From NCBI RefSeq assembly GCF_000025125.1, contig NC_013771.1, positions 60,001 to 92,000 of the forward strand: a stretch of DNA of 32,000 nt, written 5' to 3'. Under the pieces are notes generated by a model. That model was not told where the DNA came from. It saw nothing but the letters and a program-made list of their open reading frames with translations, and searched no databases. This stretch comes from Candidatus Atelocyanobacterium thalassa isolate ALOHA (GTDB taxonomy: Bacteria; Cyanobacteriota; Cyanobacteriia; Cyanobacteriales; Microcystaceae). Both the position numbers and the translations under genes were made by a program. Positions within the stretch are counted from its first letter, which is position 1. Each line of letters starts with the position of its first letter. Of this stretch, positions 9,022 through 19,942 are shown piece by piece.

Positions 9022-9564
9022 ATGGAAAAAGAAATTTCTATCTTTCGTATTTCCCCTTTAATACAATTTACATTAATTAGTTTATATATTTCTTTAACCA
9101 TTCCTCTACCATTTCTCGCAGAAATAACTGATTCTTCTATTTCAGTTACAGCTTTATGGATCGGAATTGCTATAGGAGGATTGATATTAGTTGGTACTTT
9201 AAGCGAAAGGGTTGTAGTTGACGAAAATCAAATTAAAATTTCCTATCCAAGTTGGTTTTCTTTCTTTTTTCATAAAAATTGGTCTTTGTCCTGGTCACAA
9301 GTAAAAGATCTAAAATTGCGTACAACTGGCCAAGGTGGTTCGGTTTATTATTTAACTAGTAACAGTTTGGATAAAGCTTATTTGTTACCCACAAGAGTGG
9401 AAAACTTCAAATATTTAATAGAATTTATTACTAGGAAAACAGGTATTGATACGAGCGAAATTCGTCCGCTCTCTCAACCATGGATGTATATTATCTTACT
9501 TTTTTGTACGTTACTTTTACTATTCGTAGACGGTTGGGTTATTTGGCAAGTTATTTTCAACTAA
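9022..9564 (+). CDS. Hypothetical integral membrane protein
   Basis: The 180-aa ORF has two N-terminal and one C-terminal hydrophobic helices around a soluble domain of about 80 aa. I recognise no motif. Confidence 0.45.
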   Translation: MEKEISIFRISPLIQFTLISLYISLTIPLPFLAEITDSSISVTALWIGIAIGGLILVGTLSERVVVDENQIKISYPSWFSFFFHKNWSLSWSQVKDLKLRTTGQGGSVYYLTSNSLDKAYLLPTRVENFKYLIEFITRKTGIDTSEIRPLSQPWMYIILLFCTLLLLFVDGWVIWQVIFN

Positions 9565-9653
9565 TATTATGCGCAGAATAAATTTATGTGGTTTTATTCT
9601 TCAAATAATTAGGTCTGAAGAATTTTAGAGAAATTAGATTTAGTTAGGATTCT

Positions 9654-11267
<1,614 letters not shown>

Positions 11268-11622
11268 TTAGTTAAATTATGATTTTTATATATTTATTCA
11301 TTATACTAACCTGTCTTTTCTATATAAGACTTGTCTAAAATATACAATTGTACAAATTAAATATAGAAAGTTAAACTGATTTAGTATACAAATCAAAAAT
11401 ATTAGAGTTACAAATAAGACATACTACATTAATAATAGAGTTAAATAAAGTAAAGAGTTATAAATAACCTAAAATTTTTTAAAGTGATATTGTATTTCTT
11501 AGTATATTAATTTCTTTAATTATTCTTAGATATATAATCTAGTAGTTATAATAGATACTTATTATTAATATATAACTTAAAATTTTTAGTATACTACAAG
11601 AATAGGTATTACAGAGTTTATT

Positions 11623-12396
11623 ATGGAATGGCAAGAAATATTAGGAAGTTTCGTTTTAATTCCAAAATCTCCAATTGCTGTCATACACTTTATTGGTGGA
11701 GCATTTATAGGTAGCGCTCCTAATTTTACTTATCGCTGGTTACTTGAGGCGCTAGCTAAAAAAGGATATGTTGTTATTGCTACGCCTTTCATTATTACGT
11801 TAGATCATTTAGCTATTTCTCATGATTTGTTAAATCGTTTTGAAAGTATACTAGAATCTGTTAATAGTGATATCTATAGAGGGATAATAAACCTTCCTGT
11901 GTATGGACTTGGTCATAGTATGGGATGTAAACTTCATTTATTAATTGGTAGTTTGTCTCCAATAGAAAGAGCGGGCAACATATTTATTTCTTTCAATAAT
12001 TATCCTATTAGACAGGCTATTCCCTTTTTTGAACAGCTTAATTTCCATAATGTTTTTGATTTAGAATTTACTCCATCCCCTAATAAAACTCAAGATATTA
12101 TTCAAAAAAGCTATATTATTCGACATAATTTATTAATAAAACTGACTCAAGATAATATTGATGAAACAATATCTCTAATGAAAATACTACATAGAAAATA
12201 TCCTAATTTAGTAGCCTTGCAAACATTACCCGGCAATCATTTAACACCATTAGGACAAGAGGTAAATTTCAAAACTGGAAATATATTCACGCCTATGGAT
12301 ATTATGAAACAGTGGTTTCAGAACAAGTTATCTAATGATTTATACAACCTTAAAAATGAGATTTTAAGATGGTTAAATCCAGGACAAATTATCTAA
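11623..12396 (+). CDS. DUF1350-family alpha/beta-fold protein
   Basis: The 257-aa ORF contains VIHFIGGAF...P...TYRWLLE and the nucleophile-elbow-like GLGHSMGCKLHLL, as in the cyanobacterial/plant DUF1350 family. Confidence 0.7.
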   Translation: MEWQEILGSFVLIPKSPIAVIHFIGGAFIGSAPNFTYRWLLEALAKKGYVVIATPFIITLDHLAISHDLLNRFESILESVNSDIYRGIINLPVYGLGHSMGCKLHLLIGSLSPIERAGNIFISFNNYPIRQAIPFFEQLNFHNVFDLEFTPSPNKTQDIIQKSYIIRHNLLIKLTQDNIDETISLMKILHRKYPNLVALQTLPGNHLTPLGQEVNFKTGNIFTPMDIMKQWFQNKLSNDLYNLKNEILRWLNPGQII

Positions 12397-12409
12397 GTTA
12401 TCTAATGGC

Positions 12410-12454
12410 TTAAGACTTTTGAAAAGATATATCTTTAGAAAGTCTTAATTTTTT
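12410..12454 (+). terminator. Rho-independent terminator downstream of the DUF1350 gene
   Basis: This is a compound hairpin. The outer stem is ttaagacttt/aaagtcttaa and the inner palindrome is aaagatatatcttt. It is followed directly by T6 (12449..12454). Confidence 0.65.
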
Positions 12455-12546
12455 AGTTTTCACTAAAAGTAGATAATTTATATGTTCCACTATCCAAAAA
12501 AGTCAAGATACGATATACTCCTCTCGAAAGTTTAGATAGATAAAAA

Positions 12547-13899
12547 ATGACAGCAGTAGCAATTCTTGCAGCGGGACGTGGTACACGTATGAAGTCTAAC
12601 TTACCAAAAGTCCTACATACTCTGGGTGGACAATCTTTAGTACAAAGGGTATTAAATAATTGTTCTTTAATTGCTCCATCTAGACAATTTATAGTTATTG
12701 GATTTGAGGGAGACAAAGTTAAACAATCTTTAGCCCAAAATTTGTCTTTAAAGTTTGTTGAGCAAAAAGAACAGCTAGGTACAGGACATGCTGTACAACA
12801 ACTTTTGCCATATTTACAGGATTTTAAAGAAGATTTGTTAGTTTTAAATGGAGATGTTCCACTTTTACGTCCTAAAACTCTACAAAATCTTTTAAGTATT
12901 CATAAAAACAACAATAATGCAGCAACGGTTTTGACAGCTAATTTACCTAATCCTAAAGGTTACGGTAGAGTTTTTTGTGACGGAAATAATCTGGTTACTC
13001 AAATTATTGAGGATCGTGACTGTAATTCAGCTCAACAACAAAATTGCAGAGTAAATGGAGGAATTTACTGTTTTAATTGGGCTAAACTTGCTCAAATATT
13101 ACCTCATCTTTCTGCCAATAATCAACAAAAAGAGTATTACTTAACTGATGTAGCACAACATCTTGAACCTTTTATGGCGGTTGATGTAGAAGATTATTTT
13201 GAAATTAATGGTATTAATAATCGTCAACAATTATCTGATGCAAATAATATCTTACAAGATCGAATAAAGAAATATTGGATGAATGAAGGGGTTACCATGA
13301 TTAATCCCCAAAGTATTAGTATCGACGACACAGTAAGTTTGTCGCCAGATACAGTCATTGAACCTCAAACTCATTTAAGAGGCAAAACTTATATTGGCTC
13401 AAAAAGTCATATTGGACCAGGAACTTTTATTGAAGATAGCAAAATTGGTGAACATGTAAACATATCATATTCTGTTGTTAGTCATTCTGAAATATCATCT
13501 TACTGTCAGATTGGTCCCTATGCTCATATACGTAAGGAGGTTAAGATTCATGAATCTTGTCGTATTGGTAACTTTGTTGAAATTAAAAAGTCTCAAGTAG
13601 AAAAAAATAGTAATATCGCTCATTTATCTTATATTGGAGATGCTAGTTTAGGAGAGCAAGTAAATATAGGGGCAGGAACAATTACAGCTAATTATGATGG
13701 CGTCAACAAACATCCCACTATTATCGGTAGTCAAACTAAGACAGGTGCAAATAGTGTATTTGTTGCTCCTGTAACCTTGGGAAATAACGTTACAGTTGCT
13801 GCTGGCTCAGTAGTTACTAATGATGTTCCTGATAATGCTTTGGTGATTGCTCGGCAACAACAAAAAATTATTAAAGAATGGAAAAAAACTAAAAAATAA
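12547..13899 (+). CDS. glmU: Bifunctional UDP-N-acetylglucosamine pyrophosphorylase / glucosamine-1-phosphate N-acetyltransferase
   Basis: The 450-aa ORF has the N-terminal [18 protein letters not shown] nucleotidyltransferase motif and a C-terminal left-handed beta-helix with hexapeptide repeats ([30 protein letters not shown]). Confidence 0.97.
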   Translation: MTAVAILAAGRGTRMKSNLPKVLHTLGGQSLVQRVLNNCSLIAPSRQFIVIGFEGDKVKQSLAQNLSLKFVEQKEQLGTGHAVQQLLPYLQDFKEDLLVLNGDVPLLRPKTLQNLLSIHKNNNNAATVLTANLPNPKGYGRVFCDGNNLVTQIIEDRDCNSAQQQNCRVNGGIYCFNWAKLAQILPHLSANNQQKEYYLTDVAQHLEPFMAVDVEDYFEINGINNRQQLSDANNILQDRIKKYWMNEGVTMINPQSISIDDTVSLSPDTVIEPQTHLRGKTYIGSKSHIGPGTFIEDSKIGEHVNISYSVVSHSEISSYCQIGPYAHIRKEVKIHESCRIGNFVEIKKSQVEKNSNIAHLSYIGDASLGEQVNIGAGTITANYDGVNKHPTIIGSQTKTGANSVFVAPVTLGNNVTVAAGSVVTNDVPDNALVIARQQQKIIKEWKKTKK

Positions 13900-13944
13900 T
13901 GCTCTTCTCATGTATTAAATGAGTGAGATTTAGTTTCAATTTAT

Positions 13945-13969
13945 AAAATACAAATAATTGTATTTTTTT
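13945..13969 (+). terminator. Weak AT-rich rho-independent terminator after glmU
   Basis: aaaatacaa-ataa-ttgtatttt followed by further T residues. The stem has only one G:C pair. Confidence 0.4.
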
Positions 13970-14088
13970 AGTATTTTATGAAAATCATAATAATATCTCA
14001 GATAATGAGTTGTTGTATTTATAAATAGAATAGCTAAATAACTATATCGTATTGTAAATAATAGTATTTTGTTGATGTTTACTGTGTC

Positions 14089-16326
14089 TTAGAATTCTAC
14101 CCTATTTACACGTTGAATATTTAAGACATCACTCATATTACAAATACTATTTGTTAAATACTCTAATTGTTGGCGATCACGAATTTCAATACGTAAGTTA
14201 ACGATAGCAGGCTTGTTTTGTACAGTTTTTACACTAGCATTACAAACATTGATATTATGATTACTTACCCTTAACAGAATATCTTTTAGAACGCCTACTC
14301 TATCAATAACTTCTATTTGAACATCTACTGGATACGTGATAGTACATCCTTTTTCATCTACTCTATTCCAGCGTACTGGAATAAAGCGCTCCCCAGGTAT
14401 GTTCTCAATATTAGAACAGTTTTGAGTATGGATTGAAATACCTCTGTCTCCTCTGGTAACTACGCCAATAATTGGTTCTCCGGGTAATGGTCTACAACAT
14501 CCGGCAATATGGTATAGTAGTCCCTCAACTCCTAGAATTGGGGATCTATTTGGTTTTTTGAGTCCCAAAGAAGAAGGTGGTGCAGGTATATTTATTTCAT
14601 GAGATTCAGCAGCTTTCTGTTGAGTTTTTACTGTTATTTCTCTTACACGATTAACTACTTGATTTAAGGTGATTCCCCCATATCCTAACCCAGATAATAG
14701 ATCATCAACTGAATGATAATTACATCTTTCTACTACAGTTTTCATTGGTTCTGATTTTAATAAAGCTTCAAAACCATTTTTGCCTAGTTCTTTTTCCAAC
14801 ATATCACGTCCTCTGATCATATTTTCTTCTCTACAAGATCTCTTATACCATTGACGGATACGATTACGAGCAGTAGGCGTAACTACTATATTGAGCCAAT
14901 TTAGACTAGGATGACAATTTTTTTGCGTAATAATTTCTACTATGTCGCCGTTATGTAATGGTTGACCAAAAACTGACCACTTGCCATTGATTCTAGCTCC
15001 TTTCATATGATTACCAACTTCTGTATGAATGCGATAAGCAAAATCTACAGTAGTAGCCCCTCTCGCTAAAGCAATAACGTCTCCATCAGGAGTAAATACA
15101 TAAACATCGTCATCAAAAAGATTATCTTTAAGATTGTCAACATACTCTTGAGCATCTTTAAGATCTTTCTGCCAATCTAATAGTTGTCTTAGCCAGGTAA
15201 ATTTTTCATCTTCCTGAGATAACTGAGTATAGTGAGATACACCAGTTTCTTTATATTTCCAATGAGCTGCAATACCATATTCAGCAATATGATGCATTTC
15301 TAATGTTCTGATCTGGATTTCTAAGGGACGACCATTAAATCCTACTACTGTCGTATGCAAAGATTGATAGCGGTTGGGCTTAGGCAACCCAATATAGTCT
15401 TTAAACCTTCCAGGCATAGGTTTAAAGGTATCATGAACTACGGCTAGAGCACGATAACACTCTTCTTTATTCTGAACAATAATCCTTAAAGCTGCTAAGT
15501 CATATATTTCATGAAATCCTTTATTTTGACTATGCATCTTGTAGTAAATTCCATAGAGATGCTTAGATCTTCCTTGTAATTCCAGTACTTGTATCCCTAT
15601 GCTATTTAATCTCTTTTGTAATATATTTTTAACGTTTTCTATACGAGCTTCACGATCAATACGTTTTTCCGCTACTAAACCTTGTATTTCCCAATAGGCA
15701 TTTGTCTCTAAATATTTAAAGGATAAATCTTCTAGTTCCCACTTTACTCTCCAAATACCTAAACGATTTGCTAATGGGGAAAATATTTCTTTGGTTTCTA
15801 AAGCAATACGTTTTTGCTTTTCTGGTTTGAGAGCATCCAAAGTTCTCATGTTATGAAGACGATCAGCCAACTTCACTACAATTACTCTAATATCCTTAGC
15901 CATTGCTAAAAACATTCTTCGAAAATTTTCAGCTTGTTGTTCTGTTTTGTTAGAAAAATTAAATTTTGATAGTTTTGTAACTCCTTCAACTAGCAACCTT
16001 ACTTCTTGACCAAACATTTCTTCAATATTATCTGCAGTAATATCAGTATCTTCCACTACATCATGAAGAAAACCTGCAGCAATCATTGATTTATCTCCTC
16101 CTAAGTCTCTCAATATCCCTGCTACAGTTACTGGATGAACAATATAAGGTTCACCTGATTTGCGATATTGTCCTTTATGTAATTGATATGCGAAGTCAAA
16201 GGCATGGCAAATCAAATCTTGATTCTGATTATAGATATCTGATTTACGAGAAATTAAACATTGGTTTAACCAATCAGGAAGAGTAAAATCAAGAGGTTTA
16301 TTATTGAGGGATGTAACTGTATTCAT
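14089..16326 (-). CDS. spoT: Bifunctional (p)ppGpp synthetase/hydrolase (RelA/SpoT homologue)
   Basis: The 745-aa ORF has the HD hydrolase motif (HPVTVA...FLHDVVEDT), a RelA/SpoT synthetase region (YIGLPKPNRYQSLHTTV...EIQIRT..MH), a TGS domain (VFTPDGDVIAL..GATTVDFAY) and a C-terminal ACT-like domain. Confidence 0.95.
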   Translation of the reverse strand: MNTVTSLNNKPLDFTLPDWLNQCLISRKSDIYNQNQDLICHAFDFAYQLHKGQYRKSGEPYIVHPVTVAGILRDLGGDKSMIAAGFLHDVVEDTDITADNIEEMFGQEVRLLVEGVTKLSKFNFSNKTEQQAENFRRMFLAMAKDIRVIVVKLADRLHNMRTLDALKPEKQKRIALETKEIFSPLANRLGIWRVKWELEDLSFKYLETNAYWEIQGLVAEKRIDREARIENVKNILQKRLNSIGIQVLELQGRSKHLYGIYYKMHSQNKGFHEIYDLAALRIIVQNKEECYRALAVVHDTFKPMPGRFKDYIGLPKPNRYQSLHTTVVGFNGRPLEIQIRTLEMHHIAEYGIAAHWKYKETGVSHYTQLSQEDEKFTWLRQLLDWQKDLKDAQEYVDNLKDNLFDDDVYVFTPDGDVIALARGATTVDFAYRIHTEVGNHMKGARINGKWSVFGQPLHNGDIVEIITQKNCHPSLNWLNIVVTPTARNRIRQWYKRSCREENMIRGRDMLEKELGKNGFEALLKSEPMKTVVERCNYHSVDDLLSGLGYGGITLNQVVNRVREITVKTQQKAAESHEINIPAPPSSLGLKKPNRSPILGVEGLLYHIAGCCRPLPGEPIIGVVTRGDRGISIHTQNCSNIENIPGERFIPVRWNRVDEKGCTITYPVDVQIEVIDRVGVLKDILLRVSNHNINVCNASVKTVQNKPAIVNLRIEIRDRQQLEYLTNSICNMSDVLNIQRVNRVEF

Positions 16327-16544
16327 AAAATAAGTTGAGTCAGAAACAAAAGAAGAATAGATTATTCAAAATTTAAAAAAAATTAATGCTTTTTTGACGC
16401 TTCTTTAGTATTAACACTTGTATTAGAAATAAGCAATCAGTCTTTTTTAGATAAAATCAACCTTAAAAATAGAATTTAAATTTTTCAAAATTCAGTAAAA
16501 GGCGTAGTATTGATAAAAATATATTATTACGAAGCAAATACTTA

Positions 16545-16946
16545 ATGCTACTAAAATATTACAAAAAATTCTTAGAACAACTATTTATCCTTCAGCAACA
16601 GTTTGCATCAGAAAGTATAGATATCGTAAAAGCTAAAAGAACTTTTGAGCAGATGAAAATAATATTCCATAATGAAATTACGCAGGAAAATATGCATACA
16701 TATCTGCAAAATAATGACAACTGTATAATTATTCAATCAGTAGAAGTAGAAATTAATAAAAATTTAAGGTTACTGGAAACTGAGTTCTTATACTTAGAGT
16801 CTTCTCGCCAGTTAATAACAATACATAGCAGAGAAATAACAATACATAGCAGAGTAGATAAAATACAACAGAGAATAATTAAGTTAATAGAATATTCTAA
16901 ATTTATAAATAAGCAACTTCATGAATCCAATACTGATTACATATAG
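16545..16946 (+). CDS. Hypothetical, predicted helical/coiled-coil protein
   Basis: The 133-aa ORF is the only sizeable frame in this interval. It contains an in-frame 21-bp tandem duplication. No family assignment is possible by eye. Confidence 0.4.
   Translation: MLLKYYKKFLEQLFILQQQFASESIDIVKAKRTFEQMKIIFHNEITQENMHTYLQNNDNCIIIQSVEVEINKNLRLLETEFLYLESSRQLITIHSREITIHSRVDKIQQRIIKLIEYSKFINKQLHESNTDYI
16814..16855 (+). repeat. Tandem 21-bp direct duplication (2 copies, 20/21 identical) inside the orphan ORF
   Basis: aataacaatacatagcagaga / aataacaatacatagcagagt, which encodes ITIHSRE/ITIHSRV. Confidence 0.9.
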
Positions 16947-17259
16947 TTAAGTTGCTTTTATAAGATACATTGATTGAATGATAACTTTTCTTACGTGCTC
17001 AATACATTTCGATATTGAAGTTATTTCTTATATTATTAAGTAATACAAGATAAACGAAAATCTAATATTAGAACAAATACAAAAGCTATTGGAAACATGC
17101 CATATTTATTAAATAAAATTAGCAAGAGTATTTAGTCTAAATATTTATAATTAAACAACAAGTGCTAGAATACGGGGTGCAAATTTCTTCTGCTAATTAA
17201 TATATATCTTTAATCTTGAACTGTTTTATTAATATTTTTGAAACGATGGGGATCTGAAA

Positions 17260-18309
17260 ATGACAACTTTATTGCGTAATTGTTGGTATGTTGCTGTAAG
17301 TAGCAAAGACTTAAAACCAAAAAAGATAATACATAAAAAAATTCTTGGTGAACCTATTCTTATTGGGCGAAAGAAAAATGGTCAAGTTTTTGCAATGCGT
17401 GATATTTGTCCACATAGAGGCATTCCCTTGAGTTATGGCTCATTAGATCAAGATGATATAACTTGTAGATATCATGGTTGGAAATTCAATACAAATAATG
17501 GTAAATGTAAAGAGATTCCCTCTTTAACAAAATACGACAATTTAGATGTGGAGCGTATTCAAGTTCTTACATATCCATGTGAAGAAGTTCAAGGTAATAT
17601 TTGGATATATTTTATCAATACTAATAAAAGTCAATCTAAATCAACAGATATTCCTTCTGTTCCAACCATTCCTGATTTTGGCAAACTTAGCCCTGGCATA
17701 ACAGAGACCATGCAATTTTCTTGTAATATTGATCATGCAATTATCGGTCTTATGGATCCAGCTCATGGACCTTATATTCATGATGCTTGGTGGTGGCGCA
17801 GTGGCCCTCGTAAATTTCGAGTCAAAGAAAAGCATTATGAACCTGTATCACAAGGTTTTCGTCTTGTCTCTTATAATATGCCTGTTAGTGCTCGTCCCTA
17901 CAAGATTTTAGGTAAAGATGTATCTATAGAAATCATTTTTCAGTTACCTGGAGTTCGTACAGAAATTTTAAAAGGTGATCGTTATTCTGCTTGCTTATTA
18001 ACATGCATTACTCCCATTGATGAATATTCATGTGAAATATTTCAAAGTGTTTATTGGACGATTCCTTGGGCAGCTGTTTTCAAACCGTTACTCAGTTTAT
18101 TAACTCGTCAATTTTTAGCTCAAGATCGTGATGCAATAATCCAACAACAAGAGGGTCTTATGTATGATCCCTCACTAATGCTAATAGATGATGCAGATAC
18201 TCAAGCAAAATGGTATTTTCGCTTAAAACAAGAATATCAGAGATCTCAGGAAAATAATATACCTTTTGTCAATCCTCTAGATCCCAAAATATTACGTTGG
18301 AGGAGTTGA
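17260..18309 (+). CDS. Rieske [2Fe-2S] non-haem-iron oxygenase, PaO/Tic55-like family
   Basis: The 349-aa ORF has the Rieske motif CPHRGIPLS...CRYHGWKF, a mononuclear-iron region (NIDHAIIGLMDPAHGPYIH) and a C-terminal PaO-like part. Confidence 0.85.
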   Translation: MTTLLRNCWYVAVSSKDLKPKKIIHKKILGEPILIGRKKNGQVFAMRDICPHRGIPLSYGSLDQDDITCRYHGWKFNTNNGKCKEIPSLTKYDNLDVERIQVLTYPCEEVQGNIWIYFINTNKSQSKSTDIPSVPTIPDFGKLSPGITETMQFSCNIDHAIIGLMDPAHGPYIHDAWWWRSGPRKFRVKEKHYEPVSQGFRLVSYNMPVSARPYKILGKDVSIEIIFQLPGVRTEILKGDRYSACLLTCITPIDEYSCEIFQSVYWTIPWAAVFKPLLSLLTRQFLAQDRDAIIQQQEGLMYDPSLMLIDDADTQAKWYFRLKQEYQRSQENNIPFVNPLDPKILRWRS

Positions 18310-18356
18310 ATTCATAAGCATTAGATAGTAGACAAAACAATTTTTATAGTTCATTG

Positions 18357-18370
18357 GTATGTATACCTAC
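18357..18370. promoter_or_regulatory. NtcA-consensus-like palindrome GTA-N8-TAC
   Basis: GTAtgtataccTAC lies 402 nt upstream of the hupS ATG and 48 nt after the Rieske gene stop. There is no well-placed TAN3T -10 box 22 nt downstream. Confidence 0.2.
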
Positions 18371-18771
18371 AGTATATCGAGTAATATTCTCAATAACTAT
18401 AGGTTTCTTTTCTCTTGCTTTTTATTTATGTAGTACTAACGGAAAGAATCCTAATGTAGCTAAACTGACTAGATAATAAGCATTTTATGTAATTTTTAAT
18501 GATTACTTTACATCATTAAGAATGAACATGCTTTTGTAAAATTGCAACTAAACATAATATTTGGATAAATTTCTTACAAATAACTATTCTGTTAAAAAGT
18601 ATAAATATTTTTTAAACTTTATTAACCATAATAAATAGATACTTTGAGATAATATCTCATCTTTAAGATAGTAAAATTCTTAGGATAGTAAAGTAAATAA
18701 ATCTTAAATTGTAATAAGAATCGGTATAAGTTATTGCTATAATAGTTTTAAAAACCTATCAGAAAAGATCA

Positions 18772-19734
18772 ATGGCTAATGTTCTTTGGTTACAAGGTGG
18801 TGCCTGTTCTGGAAATACAATTTCTTTTCTTAACGCAGAAGAACCAACCTTAGTAGATTTAATCACCGATTTTGGAATTAATATTTTATGGCATCCATCC
18901 TTGGGTATGCAGTTAGGTGATGAATTACAAGAACTATTGATTAACTGTATTAATGGAAAAATTTCTATTGATATATTAGTGTTTGAAGGATCAGTAGTTA
19001 ATGCTCCTAATGGAACTGGTGAATGGAATCGTTTTGCTGGTCGTCCTATGAAAGATTGGTTGAACGACTTATCTAAAGTCGCTGGTTTTGTAGTTGCAGT
19101 TGGTGACTGCGCAACTTATGGCGGAGTTCCCGCTATGGAGCCGAATCCCAGTGAGTCCATTGGTTTACAGTTTCTTAAACGTCAAAAAGGTGGCTTTTTG
19201 GGAGATGATTTTCTTTCCCAAAAAGGTTTTCCTGTTATCAATATACCTGGATGTCCTGCTCACCCAGACTGGATCTCCCAGATATTAGTAGCTGTTGCTA
19301 CTGGAAGAGTTGGGGATTTGACTCTTGATGAGTTTCATCGCCCTGAAACCTTCTTCCGTAGTTTTACACAAACTGGTTGTACGAGAAATATGCATTTTTC
19401 TTATAAGTCAAGTACTGAGGAATTTGGTCAACGTACAGGATGTTTGTTTTATGATCTGGGTTGCCGTGGGCCTATGACTCACTCTTCATGTAATCGCATT
19501 TTATGGAATAGAGTTTCTTCTAAAACTCGTGTTGGAATGCCTTGTTTGGGTTGTACTGAACCAGAATTTCCTTTCCATGATCTTAAGAAAGGAACTGTTT
19601 TTAAAACGCAAACCGTTATGGGTGTTCCTAGAGAATTACCTCCCGGTATTAATGCTAAAGATTATGCAGTAGTAACAGTTGTTTCTAAAGATGCTCGTCC
19701 ATCTTGGACAGATGAAGATTTTTTCACTGTATAA
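18772..19734 (+). CDS. hupS: Uptake [NiFe] hydrogenase small subunit
   Basis: The 320-aa ORF starts MANVLWLQGGACSGNTISFLNAEEP with no twin-arginine leader, as in cyanobacterial HupS. It also has GDCATYGG, PGCPAHPDW and C-terminal Fe-S cysteines (CLGCTEPEFP). Confidence 0.95.
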   Translation: MANVLWLQGGACSGNTISFLNAEEPTLVDLITDFGINILWHPSLGMQLGDELQELLINCINGKISIDILVFEGSVVNAPNGTGEWNRFAGRPMKDWLNDLSKVAGFVVAVGDCATYGGVPAMEPNPSESIGLQFLKRQKGGFLGDDFLSQKGFPVINIPGCPAHPDWISQILVAVATGRVGDLTLDEFHRPETFFRSFTQTGCTRNMHFSYKSSTEEFGQRTGCLFYDLGCRGPMTHSSCNRILWNRVSSKTRVGMPCLGCTEPEFPFHDLKKGTVFKTQTVMGVPRELPPGINAKDYAVVTVVSKDARPSWTDEDFFTV

Positions 19735-19811
19735 CATAAATATATGTTTATAGTTGATATTAAGATTTGATGACAAAGCTTAATTATCAAGGAAAAATCT
19801 AAAATAAAATG

Positions 19812-19845
19812 ATAAAAGTAATAGTAAGCTCACTATTACTTTTAT
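19812..19845 (+). promoter_or_regulatory. Perfect 14-bp stem hairpin in the hupS-hupL intergenic spacer
   Basis: ataaaagtaatagt-aagctc-actattacttttat sits in the 208-bp hupS-hupL spacer. It is followed by GGTTTTGTT. Confidence 0.6.
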
Positions 19846-19942
19846 GGTTTTGTTCCCCATCCACCTTGTATGTGGAAATAATAAATAATTACAAATTATT
19901 TCTAGTATTTTATTAAAATTTTACTATTTTTGAGAGGAAAAC

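Noticed and set aside
9575-9600. An 8-bp AT stem (agaataaa/tttattct) between convergent ORF 9022..9564 and pyrG as a terminator
   Set aside because: The stem is short and all A/T apart from one G:C pair, with a 10-nt loop. That is too weak to call.
11404-11468. Three copies of AGAGTTAnAAATAA-like words (11404, 11437, 11454) in the pyrG/DUF1350 divergent spacer as operator repeats
   Set aside because: The words are short and AT-rich, with irregular spacing (33 and 17 nt) and imperfect copies. This is compatible with chance in this composition.
12521-12530. ACTCCTCTCG upstream of glmU, resembling the Yfr1 sRNA core (ACUCCUCACAC)
   Set aside because: The match is imperfect and lacks the two flanking stem-loops that define Yfr1. 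It sits in what is more likely the glmU 5' UTR.
17062-17073. 12-nt exact match (aaatctaatatt) between the spacer at about 17060 and the arm of the 5392..5448 palindrome, as evidence of a dispersed repeat family
   Set aside because: A single short AT-rich 12-mer match has an expected chance occurrence of roughly 0.1 in a window this size by my rough estimate. That is insufficient alone.
18738-18743. Perfect TATAAT 29 nt upstream of the hupS ATG as the hupS -10 box
   Set aside because: There is no acceptable -35 at 17-bp spacing (TAAGAA). TATAAT-like hexamers are abundant by chance in this AT-rich DNA, so a call is not supportable without a mapped transcription start.
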